DNA of 64,000 bases from Phoronis australis (lineage: Eukaryota > Animalia > Phoronida), in contig NMRA01000050.1 in assembly GCA_002633005.1 (NCBI GenBank), forward strand, positions 212,161-276,160, given 5' to 3'. Below, in pieces: positions 22,900-35,300 of this stretch (position 1 is the first letter of the stretch; every line of letters starts with the position of its first letter). The notes below the pieces were generated by a model, which was given only the letters and a program-made list of their open reading frames with translations, ran no database searches and was not told where the DNA came from. The position numbers and the translations under genes are program-made.

Positions 22900-24778
22900 G
22901 CACATTTTAAGAGAAACAGTTGGGAAGCTGAATGAGACACTTTCGAAGTAGTTTTCTGAATTCCTTCCAAAAATCTTCTACAGGGCGACATTCCCAAAAA
23001 AGTGTGGCAGCGTCTCTGGAACCTTATTACAAAAGGTCCGGAACATAAATTAGAGTCCTGAACTTGGTTTTTTACTAAAAAAGCATTTGTCGCAATATTC
23101 TTGTACAGTATTCTAAATTGGAATCATTTAATTTTGGGATCCTTTGTAATTTCATAAAGAAATGCGTATATTTTCTTTCAATCTAATCTCTATAGTCTAT
23201 TTCCTATTTACACTCTGACAAGGTTTCTTCATGTCGCTAAAAATAGAACAAATGTGTCTACAACTCATTAACACTTTAAAATTTACTTTGAAATAGATTT
23301 CTTTTAATCTTTTTTGAACAGTAACAACGTCGTTATATTCTACAAAGTTGGTTTTCCTATCGAACCCGTTTATTATATGGTCTAACCTTAACGAATTCTC
23401 CATCAGAGGTATACGTGTCTCTGATAAATCTTAAGCCTAAGAAAACACCTCTGCCTCCGATCCCCAAGTTACTATTAAAAACAAAGATTGATTCAAAAAG
23501 TCCTCTTTACTCGCAACAATTATTTTCTTATTGAAAGATGCCATACTTCCAAATATTTCGCGCCAATAGGAGTTATCATTAATTAGAGTTTACTTTGACA
23601 TAACAAAGCCTTAAAAAAGCAAAATTCTTTAAAAACGGGTAGAGTGAGTGTAGTAACTGACCACTTTTAGACGCAGGGTTTTCAAGATATCTACGGACCA
23701 TGGTGAGTTTTAAAGCTTTGCTGGAAGTACATTTACCCCTTGATCTAGTCCTAAACTGGCCCTAGTTCCTTTAATTTTATGATTACGAGCCTGCCGTACA
23801 AATCTAAAGAATGTCGTATTCAATTCATACAAGACCTCTACTGATTTTTTTTGGTAAATTTGACAACAAAAATTAAGTTTGAATCGAAATAGGTACCGTT
23901 TTAATAACAGTTTCTCTACTAAAGGCGTCAAAAGCATCAGAGTACGTCGACTCACATTTTTGATAAAGACTCTTAGTCACTCTTGCAGTGAAGTTCATAT
24001 GCTTCACACTACTCAACTGAGTATCAAAATGCACCCCCAAAAATCTGAAAGCTGTTTTGTCCAAGACAGGCTTTCTTTTGTAGGAATCACGTCATCACTA
24101 CCAGTTTTACTTGCAATTTGTTTTACATGTACCCACATCCACTTGAAGACCGGAGACACTAGCAAACAAATGTAGTACATTCAGTGTGCTAGCCAATGAC
24201 AAATGCAAACCATCCAAAGTAATTGATGTGTCGTCCACATATCGCGAAATTAAATATTCCGTATTTCCTGCAACTACATCAGCAATATTTCTATTATTCT
24301 TGATAAAATACGCTAAAATCTAAGCGAAATATAAATATGTAAGGAGACAGGGGATTACCTTGCCTGCAGCCACGCGAAAATGGGTGACCATTTACGACAA
24401 CACGCGACTAAATATTACTATAAAAGACTTTTGCCCACCTTCCGAACGACCAATGAAAACTAAGGAAAGAGAAACATTTTTGTATAAAATTTTACGACAA
24501 TGAATCAAATCCTGTCTCAAAATCGATCAGTTAGAGCAACCCCGGTTTTTTAGCTGACTAGACATAAAACATTAAATCACATGGATACTTTCGTTCATAT
24601 TTCTATCGGAAACAAATCCTGTCTGGTCGTTAGTGATTAGTTTTCCCATAACGGATCGTAACCTTTCAACCATAGCCGCAGAAGCCAATTTATATGTCAC
24701 ATTGAGTAAGGATATGGGTCTCCAGTTTTCCAAATAATGTTTACAGATCTGCTCCCTTAGGGATACGAACACTCATTT
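22900..24778 (-). mobile_element. 5'-truncated, degenerate L1/Tx1-clade LINE (reverse transcriptase region)
   Basis: Minus-strand motifs in order: RIPKG, LENWRPISLLNVTYKL...DQTGFV..R (24572-24772), GCRQGNPLSP (~24342-24371), YVDD (~24230), FRFLGVHF (~24030). Many stops and frameshifts; 3' boundary approximate. Confidence 0.85.
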
Positions 24779-24792
24779 AGTTTTTTTTTTCT

Positions 24793-24862
24793 TGGCGCAA
24801 GCTAGGATTGAACTAGGGACCTTTAGATTGTCAGTCTAGTACTTTAACCACGGCTCGGTGAT
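24793..24862 (-). pseudogene. tRNA-Phe-like derived sequence (pseudo-tRNA or SINE head)
   Basis: Minus strand reads ...TAGACTGACAATCTAAAGGTCCCTAGTTCAATCCTAGCTTGCGCCA then an A tract, close to eukaryotic tRNA-Phe TAGACTGAAGATCTAAAGGTCCCTGGTTCGATCC. Anticodon and acceptor stem are degraded. Confidence 0.6.
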
Positions 24863-25506
24863 GCAGTAGAACTTGGGTTCTGATTTATAGGGAGCAAGGG
24901 GGCAATTTTAGTGGTAAGCCATTACAAGAAAGGACCACTTCTGAAACGGGGCCTCTTAATATGGCCTCTGCCAGACGTGTGTCTCTAGATAAATGGTTTT
25001 GCATTTTCTAAAAATTGTCTTGTTGAATTAAACAAAATTGGCACCAATTTACCCATTTTCGTGGACTTTTTTGAAGTATGTTTTATTACGAGTTCGCTTT
25101 TTCAAGTGCGTTTAGACGATCACTGGTGCAAAAATAACTGTGCGGCCTCTGACAAAAATGTCCTGATCATGGCTGCTCTCAAATATTATATATCGCTGGC
25201 AGCTGACAAATAACTTCTTAAAATATTCTTTCCTTTACACATGTTTCACTGTGTCTTTCTTGTATCAAATATTCTTGACTCTTAATCTCTGGTGGTTACT
25301 AAGGTTTCATCCGGACCCTTGCAAAACTATTAAGGTGCACGTGCACCTGTGCCACCCCCGCCACGTTCCCGGTTCCTATACGTCTCTGAACATACCTTTC
25401 ATCTGGTGCTCCCTTGGTCAATTGAGCATGAGTTTTATAAGTGTACACTGTAGGGGAACATAAAAACTCTTTGCAATATAACATAACGCTATTTTGGTTG
25501 TGAATT

Positions 25507-25794
25507 GGGGGCTTCAGAGAGTATAATATGCTTTGGACACGCTATTATTAGGTGTAGGAAATAAAACACGGTAATTGCGTCATCTCCCAGTGGAACTACT
25601 GGATGGACAGTCAAATCAGCTGATCTGAATTACAGCTTTCTCTAAAAAAATCGGGGCTTCAGAGAGTATAATATACCTGTACACTGGACACGCTATTATC
25701 AGGTGAAGGAAATAAAACACGGTAATTGCGTCTCATCCCAGTGGGGACTATTGGATAGACACTCAAATCAGCTGATCTGAATTACAGTTTCTCC
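25507..25794. repeat. Tandem duplication, ~146-bp unit x2, upstream of paralog 2
   Basis: ggggcttcagagagtataatat...tcaaatcagctgatctgaattacag occurs twice. Confidence 0.9.
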
Positions 25795-26370
25795 CACAAA
25801 ATTCCGTGAGGAAAAAGCTCTGTACTATATTTTTATGAAGAATTCAAATATTGTTATGATGTCTTAGTTGAGTCATAATACAGGTAAATACGCATCCTGA
25901 ACGGTGGTTATCACCATGTCGACTGTTCACAGCGTGTCACTGCAGAAGACCGTTTCCCGGCGTTTTTCGGTACAACTGCGCTTCTATTTTCAGATGGCAT
26001 AAAGGTTTTGGCAGCAATTGAATGAATATTAGCCTCAAAAATACAAAAACTCACGTTTCCCAAACATGCACTACACAGCCTATTGTTACACAAACAGTTC
26101 AGAACCACAAGTGCCTAATTTGTTTTCAGTCGCATTTCAATAACACCGTGGTTTTAAACCCTAATCCTATGCGGCCTAGCCGTAGTCTAACCCGAACATA
26201 AACCAAATTCTAATAGACACTCTAAAAGTTGCCCCTGCAATATTGCAAGCCCATGAGGCCTGCTCGTACGTTCATCAGCAATTGCGAAATCACCGCCGAC
26301 GCGACGGTTTGGTGATAATCCCTTTGAGCAACACTAGTCGAAGCCTTTGGGTCGCTTACAGGTCAACATC

Positions 26371-29300
26371 ATGGCTGTACAAGAATCACTCATTTCTCTG
26401 ACCAATATGCCGTTATGGGCCGTATTACTTGCAGTAACTCTTGGTGCCTTTCTGGTGTAAGTACATATCTTTGAGGAGGAAATTTTATCTCTTCACTTTC
26501 ATAGTCGCGAAGCTGGCATATAAATTGACCTTCGTGTCGTCGGTTTGTCAGTTACTAGGAGCCATACTGTTTACCTTAGTATTCACCTACTGTTGCTTCA
26601 GCAATATCGAAAAGGGAGCTCTCGCTGATGCTTGTTCGGGCTCACCAGTATTCAATCAGCTGTCGAAGCTCTCCACTGCAGGGTCGCACGAATTTATAAG
26701 TGATTTATTTAAATATATACATATGGCCATAGGCCCAAAGTATAACATGCACAAGACAGCACGTTGTCAAGTGCGTTCGGAACTGGATAATAAATTGTGA
26801 CGCTTGAGAGCATGACGGACGAATTTTAGAAGTAGGGTATCCGGAGTTCTCATGAGAGATTCAAATTTAGATGTCGTTGGAGAATGACAAAAACGACCAC
26901 TTAAGTACTTAACTTGAAGGTCTTGGTACGCACTGCAAACTAACACAAGGTGGTATTAGTCCTCTACACATCCCGAATAACATAACTCACATAACCTATT
27001 TTCATAGGGAATATTTGCGTGGCGACCTCTTTCGCCAGTATCGTAACTCAACGTTCGCCTTCAAAGTCTAATGGCTGGGGTAACCGGGTATCGCTAGGGG
27101 CGCAGGTATACTGTCGACTGCTACATGTATTATACACATGTTTTTCTGAATAATAGGTTGACCATAAATACTAAATACAGTGGTAAACCTGCAATAATTG
27201 TCTTCCTATAAACGCGACTTTGCTGTCGGATCGTCCACGTATTGCCAGTTTCCGCCGGCCTCGGTCCTATAAAGGAGTTGGAAGATGTAATTAAGCGATG
27301 GAGACACCACAGAATAAAACTGCCGATAGTTTCGAAATAGATCTTCTTCCCCATAGTGTAATATAAAATGGTAGTTAAAGATACTAAGAGAAGCGAGGGC
27401 TAAGTGATGCGCAGAAGACACGGTGTGAAATACCGGCGATAACATCAAGGGGGTAATCATCAACAATTGGTTGGACTTCAAAAACCGCTTGCCTAAACTT
27501 CAGAACCAGTAAGCTAAACTGCAAAACCAAATGGCCGGTGATCAAACGTATTCAAAACCCGATGGCCTCACCCAAAAAAATTGGTTGGCTGGACCCAAAA
27601 AAACGATGGCCTGTGCTTTAACCACTTGGCCACTGATTAAATACAACGGCCGGACTTCTTCAGAGACTCACTTTGAATGTCTCAAAGTATTCAAAGGCAT
27701 CTAATATTTATTTTTAGTACCCGTTTGTTTGTTTTGTTCAAAATCGGCGATTTTTTCGGCCATTGTGTTTGAGCACCGGCCAACCCGTATTAAGTCCATT
27801 GAGCTGACCATTTTTTGGGTGCGGTCATCTGGTTTTGAGCACCGATCACCGCCAAGTTACAACACCGGCCATTGGGTTTTGAAGTCCAGCCAGCTGGTTT
27901 TGAAGTCCACCAATTGTTGACCCCCAAGGGCATGCGTCTGTGAAACAAAGCAAACGATTTTATATATAAGATGTGGAGAATTCGAAAAAGGTCGTGTTCA
28001 ATCAAACGTGTGTTACGGAAGGTCTACTGGTGTTCAAAATATCTACACTATGGACCAAAGGATCTCCAAACAATATTTTATCCTCCTTCACGGGGAGTGT
28101 CGCAAGCGTATTGGGCGTTTTGGTGACAAGGAGGAATGTGAAATTAGGCGAAGTGTAATTAGTTTGTGTCCTCCCCCCCGCCCAGTAGTTTTTACCTTCC
28201 TTCGAGCCTGAGATGCAAGTACCAAAGGCATTTCTCAACATCCGACCAATCGGAATCTTAATGTCCGAATGCTAATTCGTTCCGTAATTAAAAATGAGAT
28301 ATTTCATTCATTCCTTGACAGAGAAATATCTTATTTGCGGATCTAGGATGGCATGCTGGTGGTGCCTTTTTTGTCATGTCTGCAGAGGGAGCGAGCCTCC
28401 TTGGCCCTCCTCAATTCCATAAAGTTCTACGTCTCGTAACCTTGGGAAAGAGTTTGCGGTATATTTACGTGCCTTAACTCGTCAACATTTGATCACATCA
28501 ACGAGCCGCACACGTATTCGCATTGATGTGTGATCATCGATCAAATTCCAGGTACTTCTACACGGCGTGTGTGAACAACTTTTCCCGTCGCCACGGACAA
28601 CCAGGCCCTCTGCCTTTCCCAATCATGGGTCACTTTTTCACCATAATGAAGAAGGTAAGTACTATCAATATGGAGGGACCAAACTCTGATTTACAATCAT
28701 TTGTGTTCGCCACGGCTGCATGGTAAGCGGTTATTCATTACAATGGTTACTAGGACAGGGTACGTGGAAGTATCGTAGGCGGTTCGGGGACAATTCGACC
28801 ATTATTACTCTCGTCTTGAACAGACAACAACTTTAATTAGTATATGTGCGGCTATGGCGGTTGTGAAACCGTTCGCTACAAGCCAGCAACTTCCCTTTTC
28901 ATGACATAAGACCCCACAGTCCACATATAGTGTACATACGTTGCTGCATATTGCTGTCATCTCCTTCTGGGCATCCAGCGTCTGCTGCTGTAAACCCCTT
29001 AGAGGAGCTTCTTGAAAGTTGGAAGATTCATTCTTATAGGGCTGCCACTGTTCCCCCCTAGTGACTTATGCATCTAGGAATTTCCTTAAAGGGTTTCATG
29101 AAATTTTGCAATTACGTTTCTGTTAAGGAACCGACGACGTCTTCTCATTAGCCATGCCATTTGGTGGCAATTCAGTTTTCATTATTTACAAATCTCTTTT
29201 TATCGTCGGCCTCTTTATCTGCCAAACCGCGCCATGGATCAGTATTACATTATGGCAATTTTCCCACATGCATTTCCCTAAGACGACTATAGCTGACCTT

Positions 29301-32300
29301 GGTTTTCGGGCTGGTTCGATTATTGTGGTGTCTCCTAGTGGCAATGTTGTTTTTTCTTTCTCTGTTGTACCTCCTTTCCCCATTGCAGGATTTTTAGGAA
29401 ACGTAACATTTTAGACAGTAACTTGACAAAACTAGTCTCAATTCCAAAGTGCCGCACACAAATTGAGAAAATAGTAACAACTTTATCGAAGGTGCGATGA
29501 CATTTTACGTTCTGGGCCATGGATCTTGGCGATAAAATGAAATCCTACCCGAGACCGAACTAAGGCTGAAAATTAGCAATTTATTACTGTAAAAGGTTTG
29601 TAATTAGTTATTTTAAACTGACATTTTCGAATTCCGACAACTAAAGCGACACAGAGTACTCTCGTCAAAGACAGGTGTCCTTTATAACTTAATCTTACAC
29701 TGTCCATATACGGGTTACCGTCTCTGTGATTTCTACAAGAAATGTTAAACAACTATTGCTTAGGTTATAGTAATATTTATCTCTGTAAAGTGCACTAGTC
29801 ACGACTGTAAGATTTGTTGGGGAGGCATTTCGTCCATGTAGTTTCTTTCTAGTTTGAAATATGTTTTATCATTTGCAAAGGTGACTAGGTGTCACTAAAG
29901 ATTATTCGAGTGAGGGCTTGATATAGATACTTAGGGTTGGTTGCATTCCGTTAATTAATTTCATTTCCGTGATCAACGGTGTCACAAATTATATTTGATT
30001 GTACTTTGGTTCATTTCAAGGGAATGATACAAAGTCACTTGGACTGGATTGAGAAGTATGGTAAAGTTGTAGGGTGAGTTAAACATTTGGAAAAAGAGAG
30101 ATTTTGGGTACCAGAAACTTTAATCTTTGATTGCAGGTTTTATCCGTACCTATATGTTACCAATTGGCATCAGCGCCTTGCCTTGAACAAAAATATGTGA
30201 ATCTTAATTTGAAAGGATACTAAACCCTATTTTAACCTATTAATAGATATTAAAAACCTCTTATACATCCATTTCTTTGAATCAAATTAATGCTCTGTAA
30301 CACCAACAACCCTCCAAAGTTTGGAGGACTTTTAAGAAATTCTGCTACAGGGGCAAGCGTGACCTACACTTTTAGTGTATTACCAGCAACTCGGGGATAG
30401 ACCACCCACCAAGAACATGAATATCCTATCTCCGACTATGAATTTTAGCTGATTCCTGCTTTTTTCGTTCAAGACTGACGTCAATGACCCATTAGCAGGT
30501 GACAGAACGAGGACTGGTTTAAATCATCAAAACAAGGTTTATTAAGCTTTTAAAAGTTAACGTTTATATTCATTATTGTATCGTTGCAATCTTTGGAGAA
30601 TTTTTAGTGAGTTGGTCGACCTAGAAAAGGAATATTGGAGCCATCTCTGATGTCAAGGCAGTCTCGGAAATGTATACAAGTCAGCTTTTGTCCAAAATTG
30701 TTTGTCCTAAAATTACCTCGGTCTAGAACATCCTGAAGACGGTTATTGAGTACATGTATGTAGTTGTTATTTTTGAAATTAGTACATTGGATGTGCCCTG
30801 CCTTGTTTCGGCTGAATAATTTACCGTGATTTATAGCACAGATGCAATTTCCTGTTTTTCCCAGGCTTTCCCACGGCTCCACTCGAGCAATGTTGGTGGC
30901 GGATCCAGAACTTCTGCGGGAAATTATGTCGAAACAGTTTCACCATTTCGTCAACAGACAGGTAAAGAAAGTTCGGTCAGCAAGGTCATTTTGTTGAACG
31001 GTCTAATCACGTAATCCTTTTGTCTGTCGTTCTCGACTAATCCAGAAAACTACATGACACATATTTCATTTGGTGGAAGATCTTAAATTTTACAATGGTG
31101 TGCTGCGTATTTGAATTCGAGATTAGGTGAAAATTCTGAAATATTTTTAGGATAGACCAAAGTACACACTTAATCATATTGAATTTGACTCGGTTTACTT
31201 TTGAGACAAGCTTTCGGTACACTCAACAATCTAAAAATTTTTATCATTTTTGCTCGAATGTATGTTGTCTGCACATTTATGTGGTTGAAAATCGATGTAG
31301 AACAATTGTTAGAACCCACTTTGATATTTTTGTGATCAATTGTCCTTCTAGACGTTATCCTGGTTGATGCATTTGATTGTGTGGGCATCTTTGTCAAACA
31401 GAGTTACCGTGTTGAAATGGCAACAAGGACCAATTTACGTGGAAAGATCCCCGAGCCCCCATCGAACCTTGTCCGCCCTCTGAGTTTATAAACTATCCCA
31501 GATTTATCATACTTCGAATTGACAGTACCAAAACACTGCTACATCACGTGGTGCAAAGTTAGCATAACTCGTTTTGCTCCATACCTAAGCTTTCTGCTGT
31601 TTTGCACTTTTACTCGTAGACGTTTAATTCCGGAAGTGTCTTTGACAATCACTTGCTGAATCTTAAAGATGAACGCTGGAAAGACGTCCGGAGTATTATG
31701 AGTCCAACCTTCACCTCTGGCAAGTTACGAGTTGTGAGTATGCAAGAACGTTTTAAGTATACTACACAAACCTCAATCTCCAGACCCCGCCACCTGTAGA
31801 TTCCTTGCCGATTCTAATGCAAACAAATAAAGGTTGCGTTTTCAACTTTCATTTTAATTAGTTGCGTTATAAGGGGGGTCCGCTTAGCTGATCAAAAACA
31901 CGAAAATCAGCCGTTGTTATGTATCGATTTCAAGAAGTCTGTAAAACATCTGAGTAGTATTGTGCTTTGACTTCACGAAGACGTCACACAAGAATAATAA
32001 CAATTTATAGCAATAACTTTGTTTAAACAAGAAGCCACCAGCCCACAGTTCGCAATAGCACATACAAACTTGATACATGTATGCGTATACACAGTCATTA
32101 AAGATTTAGTATTTCGTTTCTGATCATTATTGCCCTGTGTATATAGATTTAAATGTTTTTTTAAAGTGTAGGCTGTTCTCGAGTAAAAAAGAGACCCGAT
32201 GTCGTGGCATCGTGGTATGAATCTATTTTTCAAATCTACCAGTGCTGGACCACGTGACATGAAGTGTTCCTCAGTCTCAATCGCACCAGTATTTCAAATG

Positions 32301-35300
32301 TTACAAGATCTACCAGTACTCGACCACGTGACATGACGTGTTCCTCAGTCTCAATCGCACCAGTGTTACAAATGCTACAAGATCTTTCAATTGAGGGAAT
32401 ACAATTTCTTTTGCCGTTTTCAGTTTCTTATGTTCGCTATGTAAATTGTTGCTGCATCATCTCTCTATATAAGTACTTTCCACAAGACAACTCAGATTTA
32501 AGTTGTCTGTAAAATTCGCATTTTTTTGTAATTTCTACTATCGACAACCAAGTTGACATCTTTTAGCCTTTGTTGGCATTCCCACAAAAAATATTGTTCA
32601 CCACCGGCTCCTTGGTTCAACCATACATGACCGAAATGAGTTGTGTACAACAAATTTTTAATACGGGTACACTAACTATTTTGACCGTGCAATTGCCTTT
32701 CCTAAAAAATCAAAAACATGACTTTGGAAGTTTATCGTTTTGCATGTTCAATATTTTCAAAAACTATTTTATAGGATTCCTTAAATATATTTAAGACACA
32801 GATAAATCATGACGGCCACACTCTCCCTTTATCATGCCGTATGTCGTCTTAATTCCAGTTGGCAGTAACTGTTTACAGAATTCATTTGAACATTTTCAAT
32901 TTCTTTCCAATGGCTAGTACCCCATATTTCAGTTCCATAAAATAAAATGGGTACTGTCATTGAATCAAACAGTTAAAACGCCAATAATGCGTTTTTTCTT
33001 GTTCCCATTTGACACGGAAAGTGTTTCACCAAATGTGTTACTTTGCTTGCCATTTTTGCGAGTGTCTTTGTTTTCAGCACGTTGTCTAACTTCATATTCT
33101 AGAAAATACAATATCTAAATAATTACAGTGACGACAAATCTTCAACTCAGTTCCCGTGTAATACCATTTTTCTGTTCTATCTAACCGTCCATCTTTCTTT
33201 AAAAGCACTATGGTTAACTCCTGGATGTTAACATACGATTCCACTTTTCTAGCGTATGCAATCGCCTCTGTAACTTAACATACATGTAGAGTCGCCAACT
33301 AGATTGGCAAGCCCTAATGTAGACATGTGTGAAACGGCAAATTAGAATTTATTAAAGACGAAATTTCTCGTCTTAGTTCATTCACATGCACTAAACTTTT
33401 TTCACAGTATCAATATAGCAAAATAGGTGTGGAATGAAACGCAGCGGACCAATCGTGAAAGTGGCGTGTTTTTGAGAAGGTAAAATTGCGCATTCTTACA
33501 TGAAGATGTTTGATCTAAGACAGCTAAAATTGTATGTCGGTGGTCATCTTATTTTTTCTTACGTCACAGCAAACCCATCAAAATAAAACACTGAAGAAAA
33601 CTAACGGTGTAAACTTTTATGTAAAAACCAAAACGCTACCATTTGAGTTCTCAAAATCCTAACAAAACTTGTAAACATATATTGTTTCTTTATTTTCAGG
33701 TAGCACAACTTGTCAATCAAGCTACTGAAACATTTTTACATAACTTATCAAAAATTTATGAAAATGATCAGGAGTTCGAGGCGAAAGAGTAAGTACTTCA
33801 AATAAATGAATCAAAACAATGTTTAGGGAATGCAAACATGTGTTTCTCCAAGACCCCCCCGCCCGTCCCCCGGCAAGATGTAGTGTAGTTCTATGTCCCC
33901 ATCTTATTCGTTTTTATAATACATAGCTTAATAATATAAATTGGGAAGTCTTTCCCAAAAAACTTAAGTTATTTTCCAAAGCCTTTAGTTTTTCCGTCAA
34001 AAACTCATAGTTCAAACATGTTTGTGTACGAGTTCCTTCCGATCCGTGTGTGTCTTCCTTTTGGTTTGTTCTTGGCGTTATTGGCCAGATAAGGAGAGCG
34101 ATTCATGTAATGTAAATTACGTTTAAGACGACCTACCATCAAATCACTGTCGTATAAATCGATCCTGTCTAGATTGCTTACAGTGATCAAGGGTTATTTC
34201 ATTTTCTGACATTTCAGAATTTTCTCAAACTTTACAATTGACGTCATAACAGCGACGACATGCGGAATAAAGGTCGATTCACAGACTAATCCAGATGACC
34301 CCTTTGTGATGCACATCAAGAAGGCTATGGATTTGGACTTCAAAGACCCGCTCTTATTGCTCTTGGGTGAGTAGTTCATCTTTCTTTCATGATTTTCGCA
34401 GCACTGAAAAAGTGTAGTCCCCCAGCCCCCTAGGGTGCGCCGCCTATGTTCTTGGCATTCATGTTGCTATGCTCTCAAAGAGTAAAACCTGACCCAGTCA
34501 TACAAAATTTTGGGTAAGCTTTTGCGTCAATGGTGCCATTTGGAGCAAAGTTTACACCACAGTCACGCGAGTGAACCTCATCCCGGTGTCCATCTGTTAA
34601 TATCTAGAAAACCGAGCCTTAATCATTGGCGATGTAATTAAGAACTGCTATAACTTTAGATTTACGCCGCTTATCATTATACTTTTTTCAATTTGTTCTT
34701 CACTCCAAAGTGATTACTACGATTTAAAGGAAGCCACCGATATAATTGCTTGCGGACAAGGCGCATAAAGTGGCGGATCTACGTTTTTAGTAAGGGGGGG
34801 TTTAGGATTCCCGCAAAGGTCGAATCCGAGACGCGTGGTGCCAAGCGGAGAGAGCTTGAGAAACCCCATCCCGTGTAAGACAATTTTTTGTTTTTGTAGC
34901 CAAACACTGAAATTTCCATGCATCCTGATAAGTTTCTGGCACTTAAAGGCGAAGGCAACCTTTTTCCATGTCATTTTGAGCTAAAATAAGGTTGGTTGGT
35001 TATCCTAGACATATTTTCCACTTAATTACAGCTTTTCGTAATTTTATAAATTACTCGTCCGCTACTCCGGAAGTGACGTTTTAGGAGGCAAGCGTTTCCC
35101 GCCACTTGGTTTTGCGTTGACTTTACCGTGCGAATCTGTTCTATTCTACTTTTGTTTTGTGCTGTTTTTCAACAATTGTCGCCACCACTTTCCATCGGCG
35201 AGTATTCTGCTGCAAGATAGGTTAGTAGAGAACTCAACTACGTTGGATTTAGGGCGGATTGTTTAGTGTGTTGTAAGCTGAAAATGGCTGGAGTCGGTTA

